Assembly (NCBI GenBank): GCA_963715195.1
Contig: CAVQRT010000008.1
Location: 45,268-109,267 of the forward strand
Source: Thermodesulfovibrionales bacterium
Lineage (GTDB): Bacteria > Nitrospirota > Thermodesulfovibrionia > Thermodesulfovibrionales > SM23-35
DNA length: 64,000 nt
Reading direction: 5' to 3'
Below, piece by piece: positions 38,794 to 48,557 of the stretch. Positions within the stretch are counted from its first letter, which is position 1. Each line of letters opens with the position of its first letter. The position numbers were made by a program, and so were the translations under genes. The notes under the pieces are model-generated. The model saw only the letters and a program-made list of their open reading frames with translations. It was not told where the DNA came from and searched no databases.

Positions 38794-40200
38794 TCACATT
38801 TCCACAAAATAATTCTCCCAGGCGATGTCGATCGATTCCCTGTTCATTGCTGCTGTCCTGTTGTAATAGTGGGCATCGTCGATAATATGGTCCACGATGT
38901 CTCGCGGATGGCAGGCATTGAATTTTACCCCATATTTTTTATAGTAATACTTTATGAGGTAGTCAAGCATATCCCTCTTGTACGGGATGCCGTTCGCCGA
39001 GGTCACCTTCATGAAGATTGCCTCGTATTCATCTTCTGACGGATGATCTATCTTGATCTTGTACCGTATCCTGCGCAGAAATGCTTCATCAACGAGGTTC
39101 TTCGGTTCAAGGTTCGTTGCGAAGATGACGATCTGGTCGAACGGGATATCGAACTTCATGCCGGTGTGAAGGGTCATGAAATCTGTCCTCCGCTCAAGGG
39201 GAACAATCCACCTGTTCAGGAGGTTCTGGGGGTCCATCTGCTGCCTGCCGAAGTCATCAACAATGAAGAGGCCGTTGTTTGCCTTCATCTGGAGGGAAGC
39301 CTCGTAGAATTTCGAGATCCCATTGAAATCGAGGTCGAGGGTCTTGAGGGTAAGTTCACCTCCGGTCATGATCACCGGCCTTTTGATCTTGATCCACCGA
39401 TGATCAGTATGTTCTGCTGCCATGTCCGAATTGACCGGGATGTGGGTTACCGGGTCAAAGATCGTGATGATCTGTCCGCCCACAATAATCGCGTGGGGCA
39501 TGTAGACGGTACCGGGCAGAACTTTCCCGATTGTCTCTGCAATGGTTGTCTTCCCGTTTCCGGCAGGGCCGTAAATGAACATCGCCTTACCCGAGCTGAT
39601 GGCCGGGCCGAGGCGTCTCAACAAGCGCGGGCTCAGTATCAGATGGGAGAATGCCTCTTTCACCGTGTCCTCATTCACAATGATATTCTTGATCGTCTGC
39701 ACTTCCACCAGGTTCTTATACGCGTCCAAAGGCACAGGGGCAGCTCCGACATACCTGCATATCTCGAGCAGCTCATTTGCCCGGTTCTTCCCTTGTCCGG
39801 TGATCGTAAAATTGTACGTTGCCCTGGTATATTGCGTCGCCCCCTTGACTTCGATGAATTTCTCGCGCCTCAGCGATTCGAGGGCGATGTCTACAATCGA
39901 ATGGGGAAGCTTCACGTGCTCCGAGACATCGGCAATCTTGAAGTCACCCATATACAGGATGTGTTTCATGATAAGGTCGGCAATAAACGAGATATCGAGC
40001 CCTGTCTCCTCAACCGTTTTCGGGACGTCCGGTGTTTTTTGAAAGAATGTATTCAGCTCCTGGGCGGATATATAGCCGAGTTCAACCAGGTTATGACCCA
40101 GTCTTCCCCCTTTCATTCTCTGCCGTGCAACAGCAGCGGCAAGCTGCTCCTCGGTAACGACTTTCTTCTTCAGTAATTTTTCGCCTAATGTTTCCGGCAT
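38794..40200 (-). CDS. MshEN-like domain + AAA+ ATPase
   Basis: LGEKLL..QL..AVARQ..RLGHNLVELGYI; GPAGNGKT, IVDDFGRQ, DEAFLRRI. Confidence 0.8.
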   Translation of the reverse strand: MPETLGEKLLKKKVVTEEQLAAAVARQRMKGGRLGHNLVELGYISAQELNTFFQKTPDVPKTVEETGLDISFIADLIMKHILYMGDFKIADVSEHVKLPHSIVDIALESLRREKFIEVKGATQYTRATYNFTITGQGKNRANELLEICRYVGAAPVPLDAYKNLVEVQTIKNIIVNEDTVKEAFSHLILSPRLLRRLGPAISSGKAMFIYGPAGNGKTTIAETIGKVLPGTVYMPHAIIVGGQIITIFDPVTHIPVNSDMAAEHTDHRWIKIKRPVIMTGGELTLKTLDLDFNGISKFYEASLQMKANNGLFIVDDFGRQQMDPQNLLNRWIVPLERRTDFMTLHTGMKFDIPFDQIVIFATNLEPKNLVDEAFLRRIRYKIKIDHPSEDEYEAIFMKVTSANGIPYKRDMLDYLIKYYYKKYGVKFNACHPRDIVDHIIDDAHYYNRTAAMNRESIDIAWENYFVEM

Positions 40201-40213
40201 TTAGCTGACCCCC

Positions 40214-41704
40214 TTATTCTTCTTTATATTCCTTCCAGACAATCCCTGTGGTGTCGTTAAATTTGGTTATAGTCTCAGAACTCTCTATCGAACCGGTAAA
40301 GTACGGTTCGTCATCCCAGAATATTCCCTCCGGCAGAATGAATTTAACGGCTAACCGGGCATGGGGGGAAAGGTTTACGAGGTCGAACTTTCTGTTGCGG
40401 GCCCCTTTCTTTCCTTCCAGGAGGCGGATCATCAGAGAGGTCTTTTGCGGAGTTTCACTCGTATTCTGCATGACAAAAGTATAAATGCCTTTTTCAGCTT
40501 TCGCAACCCAAAAGATTATTTTGGCGTCCGTTTCCGAATCTTTTTTTAAATCAACAGATTTCTGTTCAGACCTGCCATATTCCTCAACAGACGGGTGAGT
40601 CTTTCTGAAGAGGCTGGTTGTGATGCCGGCGCTTTCGGCTTCCGTCAAAAAAATCTCGATCTTGATGTCCCGGTAAAATAATGCATCTGAAACCGCGATG
40701 CCGAGAGAGGGCTTCTTCTGCGGCTTCTCTTTTGGTTTTTCGGCTTCCGGAACCGTAATCCCTGCGGACTGGTTTTTTCCCTCACCGGGATTTGATGAAT
40801 CACCCGGGGTTACAGCGGAGGTTTCGGTTGTGTCATTGCCGGCGGAAGACTGATCAATGTCGCTCTTTGGGGCAGATGATTCTGCTTTTGCCGGAGTAAC
40901 TGACTTCTCCCCCGCTTTCTTCGAACCTTTCTCGCCTACTTTCCCTTGAACCTTCCCAGCTGATGCCACTTTTGTAATTACCTGATCTGGTTTTTTGTCT
41001 GCTGTATTGATTTCTGATCTGAATTTTCTATCTAAACTTCTCATCTCTGACATGGGGTCTGATTTGACGTCCTTCTTCGTTTCAGTCAAAGGAGAGATTT
41101 CGGTCGCTTTTTTATCGGCCTTCACAGGGAACTCTGTTTGTGCAGGTTCTTCGATAGGATCAGTGAGCGACGGTTTTGTTTCTGCAGGCGGAATTGGTTC
41201 CGGCTCTATCGGATCAGGCTCAGGTTTGGGTTCTGGGGGAGGGGGGATCACTACGGGTTCTGGTTTCGGTGGTTCGGGTTTCTTCTCGGGCTCCGGCTTG
41301 TGTTCAACAACCGGAAGCTCGGCTTTTGCAATCATTGATTCTTTCTTGGGTTCCTCCGGCATGAGAGTGATGCCCTCAGGTTGTGTCTCGTTTTGAGCAA
41401 TGGTTTCTGAAATGGGCTCTTCTGTCTTTGGCACTTCAGCCGCCTCTGGCTCTTTCGGTTTTACGGCCGCGGCCTGCTGCTTGACGGGGGCTTTTGCTTT
41501 TGCCCGAGGTGCTTTGCGTGCAACCGGAGCTTTTACCGACGCTTTCCCTTCACTGACCAGATCAACGGAATAATGACCGAAAGACATCGAATAGAGACTT
41601 CCCTTGTAGATCGGGATGGATACAAGATAGGCTATCAATACGATATGAATGAGGGATGAGTAGAAGAGATGGGGCTTAATGGTCATGTGAGCTTTATAGA
41701 GCAA
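40214..41704 (-). CDS. Membrane-anchored Pro/Glu-rich (TonB-like spacer) protein
   Basis: N-terminal SSLIH TM, (EP/KP)n tract, C-terminal globular domain. Confidence 0.65.
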   Translation of the reverse strand: MLYKAHMTIKPHLFYSSLIHIVLIAYLVSIPIYKGSLYSMSFGHYSVDLVSEGKASVKAPVARKAPRAKAKAPVKQQAAAVKPKEPEAAEVPKTEEPISETIAQNETQPEGITLMPEEPKKESMIAKAELPVVEHKPEPEKKPEPPKPEPVVIPPPPEPKPEPDPIEPEPIPPAETKPSLTDPIEEPAQTEFPVKADKKATEISPLTETKKDVKSDPMSEMRSLDRKFRSEINTADKKPDQVITKVASAGKVQGKVGEKGSKKAGEKSVTPAKAESSAPKSDIDQSSAGNDTTETSAVTPGDSSNPGEGKNQSAGITVPEAEKPKEKPQKKPSLGIAVSDALFYRDIKIEIFLTEAESAGITTSLFRKTHPSVEEYGRSEQKSVDLKKDSETDAKIIFWVAKAEKGIYTFVMQNTSETPQKTSLMIRLLEGKKGARNRKFDLVNLSPHARLAVKFILPEGIFWDDEPYFTGSIESSETITKFNDTTGIVWKEYKEE

Positions 41705-41757
41705 TCTTACTCCTCATTCGTCGAGTCTATTAAAAGTCAATGTATAAATTCATTTTA

Positions 41758-41787
41758 TGTCATCCTCCGGCTTGACCGGGGGATCCA
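41758..41787. repeat. GTCAT-tagged palindrome, solo (copy F)
   Basis: TGTCATCCTCCGGCTTGACCGGGGGATCCA; 29 bp identical to the copy at the GIY-YIG 3' end. Confidence 0.85.
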
Positions 41788-41964
41788 AAAAGCATTAGAG
41801 ACTCGATACCCGTCCGCGTTTCTTTGAATCTTCTCCACATATTCATATCTATAATATACTGATTTTTAGGCGTATTTATTACAAATATTAAACTTAAGAA
41901 TGAATGGCGGCTGGTAAGGGAAGATACCACAGAGTATGCAAAATTCATAGCCCCGCTATATCCA

Positions 41965-43509
41965 TTATTTTGATACCAAAGTAAAATTATAAGGTTGTTC
42001 AAAGTATGAGAAATAACTTACATCGTCAAGCATGGTATAATTGGCACCAAAATAATGATCAAAAATTAATCTGAAAGTATTAACCGGTGTTATAGAATTG
42101 TATAAGAGGTGACTGCCGCCTGGTAAATAGTAGGCATTTAAAATACTTATTCTGCCTTCAATATACTGATCAATATTTTCCCCTATAAGATGCGGCCCGT
42201 GATCCGATTGTAAGATAATGATCGGCGGTATTGCAGATTTATTTAAAATTGTGTCAACTGCTGACTTTATTTTATTATTGACAAAGATTAACTGCTCTAT
42301 ATACTCATCCCTCTTTTCCCACATATTGCTTTGAAATTGATCAAGAATTGTTGCATGGTGTCTGATAGTTCCATTATGATCAAATAAATAAGGATGATGA
42401 GGTAGTAATAAATGTACAAATGTGAATGTTGGTTGTTTGATGTCGGGTATTGTTTCCAACATCTTTAAAGTATAAAGATGACTATTAGCAAGGTCTTCAA
42501 TAATGACTGAATTGAATAGTTTTAATACTGTGGTTTGCGAAAGCACTCTCAAAAATTCGTCATTAAAAAGGCCTTTTTCGTACCCAATCTCTATATCCGC
42601 ATATTTATTGGATGATGTAGCACCCCACGTTGAATTAAAGTGTACAAAAAGATATCCTTTCGATTTGAGGAATTGAGCAACCCGATTATTCCTAATCATT
42701 TCATAAGGAATTCTTAAATCATTAGATTCAATTCCAACTTTGTCAACAAGATAATTGATGAACTCTAAGTTCAAAGAAGATGGTAGAGACAAGAAGGTGT
42801 ATGCATAATTACTATGACTTTTCGATGCAATATAAAATCCTTTATTGGTTAAATAATCAAGAAATTCGCTGTTATCAAAATTATAAAAGTCTCTAAGGAT
42901 ATCTGCTCTGCCATAGCCGTCCAATATAATGTAATAAATATCTGGTCTTGCCTCTAAATATGTAAAAGAAGAATTATTGGGGTGTTCAGTGATTGTATTT
43001 TGGTGAGCGGAAATTTTGATACTATATATGCCGATATTTGAAAGAGACCAAATAATCATGAATGCGGAGAAGACATTGAGGAATCTTGTAGCCAGAAAAA
43101 AGTCTTTTTGCTTCCTGAGAATTAATATAATAAGTCTTCTAGTTATCATGAACCAAATTACTAAAAGACAAAGATGCAATAAAATATCGATTTTACCGCT
43201 TGCGTTCATTTTAGCCCATGAAGCTTTGTATAAAAAATGCTCAGATATCCAATTTAACAATAGTGAATGGAGGTGTCCGTGAGAAAAGAATATAATTAAA
43301 AAAAGAGAGACAATAAGTCCGCTTTTTACTATATCTCCCAAAATTAATCTCAGAATTTGCGTAAAAATAATAGAAAAACTCAAGAAAAAAATAATTGGAA
43401 GGAGTGCTGAAGTGAATGAAGTTTGATCTATATTATGAGCGTAGAGGAAAAGAATGGGTATTACAGAAAACAGATAAGGATGAATAACATGTATTTTGTT
43501 TATATTCGT
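41965..43509 (-). CDS. Membrane-bound alkaline-phosphatase/sulfatase-superfamily protein
   Basis: DIYYIILDGY, PHHPY, QSDHGP; frame open upstream of the track start to an ACG at 43507-09 after an SD. Confidence 0.75.
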   Translation of the reverse strand, partial: TNINKIHVIHPYLFSVIPILFLYAHNIDQTSFTSALLPIIFFLSFSIIFTQILRLILGDIVKSGLIVSLFLIIFFSHGHLHSLLLNWISEHFLYKASWAKMNASGKIDILLHLCLLVIWFMITRRLIILILRKQKDFFLATRFLNVFSAFMIIWSLSNIGIYSIKISAHQNTITEHPNNSSFTYLEARPDIYYIILDGYGRADILRDFYNFDNSEFLDYLTNKGFYIASKSHSNYAYTFLSLPSSLNLEFINYLVDKVGIESNDLRIPYEMIRNNRVAQFLKSKGYLFVHFNSTWGATSSNKYADIEIGYEKGLFNDEFLRVLSQTTVLKLFNSVIIEDLANSHLYTLKMLETIPDIKQPTFTFVHLLLPHHPYLFDHNGTIRHHATILDQFQSNMWEKRDEYIEQLIFVNNKIKSAVDTILNKSAIPPIIILQSDHGPHLIGENIDQYIEGRISILNAYYLPGGSHLLYNSITPVNTFRLIFDHYFGANYTMLDDVSYFSYFEQPYNFTLVSK

Positions 43510-43668
43510 TTGGTTTTTCCCCTCTTAGTAATATGATTATCCAAAAAAAATAATTGTTCTATTTGCGGCATCCTTGGCTTAAAAATTGCTAATATAATAA
43601 CACAAAAATTAGTCTTATTTATTGAAATGTTGGATAAAATAGTCTTTAACCCAGGGGGTAACAATGCT

Positions 43669-43902
43669 ATGACACATCTTAGCAGGCTGTCAAAAATAAT
43701 TTTTTTGTTTGCTTCCTTTTCTTATTGTCTTTTTCCTGTAAAAGCTTATGCTTATGTTGATCCCGGAACAGGAAGTTACGTCATTCAGATAGTGATTGCG
43801 GCATTGCTCGGCATACTTTTTACGATCAAATCGTTTTGGAATAAACTTAAATCTTTTTTTGTTAACTTGTTCTCAAAACATAAAAGTGACATAACCAAAT
43901 GA
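43669..43902 (+). CDS. Small 'AYxDPGTGS' membrane protein
   Basis: AYAYVDPGTGSYVIQ plus TM; translationally coupled to the methyltransferase. Confidence 0.75.
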   Translation: MTHLSRLSKIIFLFASFSYCLFPVKAYAYVDPGTGSYVIQIVIAALLGILFTIKSFWNKLKSFFVNLFSKHKSDITK

Positions 43903-45275
43903 TCAATAGAGTGGCGGGTTCTTTTCGAGACCCGAGCGGTTTTCTTTTCTATCGGGATGGTGTGCTATATCGGCAAGTCAACGTTTTATATAAAGAAAAT
44001 TATGAGCAATTAATAAATTCGGGATTGTATGATGATCTTGTAAAGAGTCAATTAATGATACCGCATGAAGAGGTTGCCAATAAATTAGTACAAGATGCAG
44101 ATTGTTATAAAGTAATCAAACCAGAAATTATAGATTTTATTTCATATCCATACGAATGGTGCTTTAGCCAGTCAAAGAGTGCTGCCTTGCTTACGCTCAG
44201 CATTCAGAGAAAAGCGCTTGATTTTGGCATGTCATTAAAAGATTGTAGCGCTTATAATGTGCAATTCAGAGGTGCCCGTCCAGTGTTCATTGATACACTC
44301 TCTTTTGAAAAATATCGAGAAGGGCTGCCATGGGTGGCCTACAGACAATTTTGTCAACACTTTCTTGCACCTTTGGCTTTGATGGTTGAGAGGGATATTC
44401 GATTAAATCAATTATTCCGGATATACATCGAGGGCATTCCCTTAGATTTAGCCAGTTCGCTTCTCCCTTACCATACATGGTTCAAAGCATCCTATTTATT
44501 GCACATTCATCTTCATGCAAGAAGTCAGAAGCATTTTGCAAACAAAAAAATAAAGATTACGCGTCGAAAAATAGGGCGCTCAGAACTTTTAGGACTTATT
44601 GACGGATTAGAATCTGCAATAAGTAAAATGAATTTTATGCCTGCGAAGTCTGAATGGAGCGATTACTATGAGGATTCTCATTATTCTCAAGAAGCATTTC
44701 ATCACAAAAAGCAAATAATTTCAGAATTTATCGATCGGATAAATCCAAAGTTTGTATGGGATTTAGGTGCAAATATAGGAACGTTTAGTCGTATTGCAAG
44801 TAATAAAGGTATTAAAACAATAGCTTTTGATAATGATCCTGTTGTTGTTGAAAAAAATTATCTTGAGTGCATTGCTAACAAAGATTCAAATTTGTTTCCC
44901 TTAGTGCTTGATCTGAATAATCCAAGTGCAGGTTTAGGGTGGGAAAATAAAGAAAGAATATCTTTAATAGAACGGGGCAGAGCAGATCTTGTGCTTGCTT
45001 TAGCTCTTATTCATCACTTCGCTATTTCTAATAATGTCCCCTTCAGTAACATCGCTGAATTACTTAGCGATATATGTAAATCGCTCGTAATCGAATTCGT
45101 TCCGAAAGATGATCCACAAATTCAAAGGTTGCTTTCAACGAGAGAGGATATTTTCAGTGATTATACGCAGCCAAACTTTGAGAGCGAATTCAACAAATAT
45201 TTCATGATAAAGGCATCTGAAAACATTAAAGACTCAATGAGAACCTTGTACTGGATGGAAAACAGAAAATTATAG
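43899..45275 (+). CDS. NoeA-like protein (kinase-like N-terminus + SAM methyltransferase)
   Basis: SFRDPSG, SYPYEW, LKDCSAYNVQF..IDTLSF, DLGANIG, LALIHH. Confidence 0.8.
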   Translation: MINRVAGSFRDPSGFLFYRDGVLYRQVNVLYKENYEQLINSGLYDDLVKSQLMIPHEEVANKLVQDADCYKVIKPEIIDFISYPYEWCFSQSKSAALLTLSIQRKALDFGMSLKDCSAYNVQFRGARPVFIDTLSFEKYREGLPWVAYRQFCQHFLAPLALMVERDIRLNQLFRIYIEGIPLDLASSLLPYHTWFKASYLLHIHLHARSQKHFANKKIKITRRKIGRSELLGLIDGLESAISKMNFMPAKSEWSDYYEDSHYSQEAFHHKKQIISEFIDRINPKFVWDLGANIGTFSRIASNKGIKTIAFDNDPVVVEKNYLECIANKDSNLFPLVLDLNNPSAGLGWENKERISLIERGRADLVLALALIHHFAISNNVPFSNIAELLSDICKSLVIEFVPKDDPQIQRLLSTREDIFSDYTQPNFESEFNKYFMIKASENIKDSMRTLYWMENRKL

Positions 45276-46985
45276 TTATAGGAATTTCGCCAAATGAACT
45301 TTTGGATGTGTAATTTTGTTCCTAAAGTTTATTGCTATGAGAATAAAAATCATGATGAGCAAGGATAGCAGTGTTATGAGCTTTGAATAATACCGGATTG
45401 GCGTATCAACAAATCTTAATTCAAGCGTATGTCTGCCTCTTGCAACTTCGATTAGCATAGCACCCGAGTCTCTATCAGTCTGTATTTCGATTTCAGCACC
45501 ATTCAAATAAGCTTTCCACCCCGGAAAATTAAATGTTCTGATCTTTGCCAGTAAAGGTTCCCCTGCGTCTATCTTGATAGTCCTCTTGGCAGACTTCCAA
45601 CCCGTTATTTCAACCTTACCCGTGCCGCTCATGATCTCTATTTCATGATTTGATGAGCCAGATATATTCTCCTTTACTGCCCAAACTGGTAGATGCTCCA
45701 AATTCGAATTTTGGACTTTGACAGGCATTAATTCATGTTGATGAAAGATATGTGCATAATTAATGTACTTTAAATCCAAGAAGATCAGTACGAAAAAAAG
45801 TAAAAATATCGATATTCTGAATATTGGTTTTTTTCTATATTGCGTTATTAAAGACCAAAATATAATCGAGGACAAGAAAGAGGCAGTAAAATTTGTTATA
45901 TTGAACCATCGTGAAGGAAACTGAATATATTTGAAAAATGGAATCGTCTCCCACAAAAAAGTCGATATTCCGAATAAAAAAAAGAGACTGAAAATAGTTG
46001 CGATCGTGAAAAAAAGACAGATTTCTTTTATGCTTTTTACTACACTTTGACTTATCCGCACTAAGCAGAAGATACATATGAGGAAAAGAGTGAGAAATAA
46101 GAAAAGATAAAAAACGAATGTCTGATGATATACGTGCCAGAAATTATCAGCAGGGATTTTATCAGAAAAATCTGGAAGTATGAAGAAGATAGCATAATGA
46201 AACCCGCCACCTTCACCAACGAAAGATTTCAGACTCAGAAACTGTTTTTCAAAAATAAGAGGAAGAATATATGCTGAAGACACCAAAAATCCAGTTAAGA
46301 AAATTACCGGGATAGCTATCAGGGCATTAGGCTTTTTTCGTGCTACCGCAAAATAAATAATAAATAGTACTATTACAAATGTGAACATATAGGCATTAAT
46401 GAGGTGTGTCAGGACTAAACCTGCGAAACAAAGACCTGCATACAATATATATTTAACTTGGTCTTTTACGATATATCGATAGGCAAACAATAAAATAGGA
46501 GGAAACCACATAAAAGATACCATTGAAGCAAACGTGCCGATCAAATAAAACTGGAACACGGTATATGGAAATATCAGATAGAATAATGCTGTGAACAATG
46601 CGATTTTTTCAGAATAAAATTCTTTGGCGAGGAAGAACAAGCCCGTGGTTGAAAAGAATAATGCCGTGAACTTGGTAATGTTCATGGCAGAGATTATTGA
46701 GTCAACGAATAGATTAAAAAACGCTGTCAGATAATAGGCGAATGGGGGATAAAGAATAAAAATGGGACTCCCGTATCCCCAAAAATTAAGTGGTAACCAC
46801 CTAGGATATATAATTCCTTCTTTTAAAGCTTCATAAAACTGCCATGCCCAGTTAGTATATGTATAAGCATCATTTACAATAATAGAAAAATATCCAGGCG
46901 TGAGAAGCTGTCTGAGCATTACTAATGCTGAAGCGATAAATATTATTATAAGACTTGAAATCGTCTTGTTTATTTGTAATTTCAC
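45276..46985 (-). CDS. GT-C-fold membrane protein (PTPS-related/YfhO-like)
   Basis: YPRW..GYGSP..YPP, QFPSRW, FPGWKA; multi-TM. Confidence 0.75.
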   Translation of the reverse strand: MKLQINKTISSLIIIFIASALVMLRQLLTPGYFSIIVNDAYTYTNWAWQFYEALKEGIIYPRWLPLNFWGYGSPIFILYPPFAYYLTAFFNLFVDSIISAMNITKFTALFFSTTGLFFLAKEFYSEKIALFTALFYLIFPYTVFQFYLIGTFASMVSFMWFPPILLFAYRYIVKDQVKYILYAGLCFAGLVLTHLINAYMFTFVIVLFIIYFAVARKKPNALIAIPVIFLTGFLVSSAYILPLIFEKQFLSLKSFVGEGGGFHYAIFFILPDFSDKIPADNFWHVYHQTFVFYLFLFLTLFLICIFCLVRISQSVVKSIKEICLFFTIATIFSLFFLFGISTFLWETIPFFKYIQFPSRWFNITNFTASFLSSIIFWSLITQYRKKPIFRISIFLLFFVLIFLDLKYINYAHIFHQHELMPVKVQNSNLEHLPVWAVKENISGSSNHEIEIMSGTGKVEITGWKSAKRTIKIDAGEPLLAKIRTFNFPGWKAYLNGAEIEIQTDRDSGAMLIEVARGRHTLELRFVDTPIRYYSKLITLLSLLIMIFILIAINFRNKITHPKVHLAKFL

Positions 46986-48526
46986 AATGAAATTCTCAGT
47001 TGAGGGTATATGCTTTTTATCAGTCGGATATCTCCTGATAATAAGTAAATATTCGTATCGTATAACTTGCTGATAGCGAGTCCTTGTATGCTAACCAGCT
47101 TTAGAGATTTCAGTTGGATATCAGTTAAGAGCAGAAGTGTTAACAAAATCGCGGATGTTCTTTGATAATAAGATTTCATCTGATAAAAATGTTTCTCTGT
47201 TTCTTCCCCAAAATATTTTTCTTGTCTCTCCACTTGATGAAACTCTGAAGTCTACATCATAAACACTGTATGCAGGCAGATAATACATAATGTGCCTGTA
47301 ACCATAAAATAAATATGGTTCAACAAATACCCCTGTGGTAGATGGATCAAATGATTTAATTCTGTCAAGCAATTGCTGAAAGGTTTTTGTCATGATGTTT
47401 TATCTCCTGATACGTAACTGGATATTTTGCAAAAAGGAAGATAATAGTATTAAGGCATTAGTAGCAGTAAAATGATGAATGTTGCAACATTTTTCTTAAG
47501 AAGCCTCTCTGATATTGTCAGTCAGATTGCCCTATCGAAGCTGCGGTGAGGAGCAGGAGAGCAGGAAGGAAGATAAGGACATATCCCGGATTGGCAGGGT
47601 GAATGAAAATAAGGAGATAGAACAGGACGGAAGGCATAATCCACAGGAGAAAAAAGAAGGATTTTTTGTCTATCAAGGAATCCGAGCTTCCTGTGGCGTA
47701 TCAGGGAATAGGTTGCAATCCCCAGAATGAAAATGCCTGCCCCAATACCATATAACACAAATTTTGCAAGGGCTGTTGAAAATATCTGAAACGATTCCCA
47801 TCCCTTTTCAAAGACAGAGACATGACCGGTATTGAATAGCCAGAGTTCTCTGAATGCGCTCTGGTAGGCATTCCAGCCACCTGTCATCCAGACCATGGGG
47901 ACAAACCAGAGGAGGCAGACAATCACCAAGGAGTCCAAGGGATGCGATGATTTTTCTGAGTGGTACTCCCTTGACAGAAAATAACCAGAGAGGAAGGAGG
48001 AAAACAATCGTATTCTGCCGTATGCCGCCTGCGATGCCAAGGGCTATCACAGAGAGCCAGAGGTATTTGTGCTCGCCCTTGAGTATCCTCCAGCACAGAA
48101 GAGCAACAAAGGAGCTGAAGAATGCCTCTACCACGTATGTTAGTGCTACTTCACCATGAAACCACAGGTTGGGGCTGGTCAGGGCAATGAGGGCGGCAAT
48201 AACCCCGGTCTTTTTATCGAAGATCTCTTTGCCGAGATAGTATATGGTAACGACTGCGAGACCGCTGAAGAGGATGCTTATGAATATAAAGGTACTGTTT
48301 GCATCTTTGATAAAGAAATTGACGAGTCGTCCGAGCATAACGTACAAGAAATAGCCGGGAGGGTGGGGCTGGTGGACGGTAATATCGTATTTCTCCAGGG
48401 CAAGGGCAAACTGGACTGAATCCAGTGATATAGAAGTTTGCTTGTGAAGGGAATCCGGGTAATAATCGTTATGGAAAAAAATAATAACAGATAATAAAAG
48501 ATCATCTTTGCTATATTTTTTCTCAT
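46982..48526 (-). CDS. GT-C/PMT-like membrane glycosyltransferase (multiple frameshifts)
   Basis: DSVQFALA..HQPHPPGY motif; fragments in several frames. Confidence 0.65.
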
Positions 48527-48557
48527 GTACTTGCCTTGCCGTTTCCAAATTCTACCT

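Noticed and set aside
39043..40176. 377-aa plus-strand ORF
   Set aside because: Antisense shadow of the AAA+ ATPase with no recognisable motifs
41760..42002. 80-aa ORF ending GSPGQAGG like the GIY-YIG protein
   Set aside because: The shared tail is only the translated palindrome; the rest shows no GIY-YIG similarity
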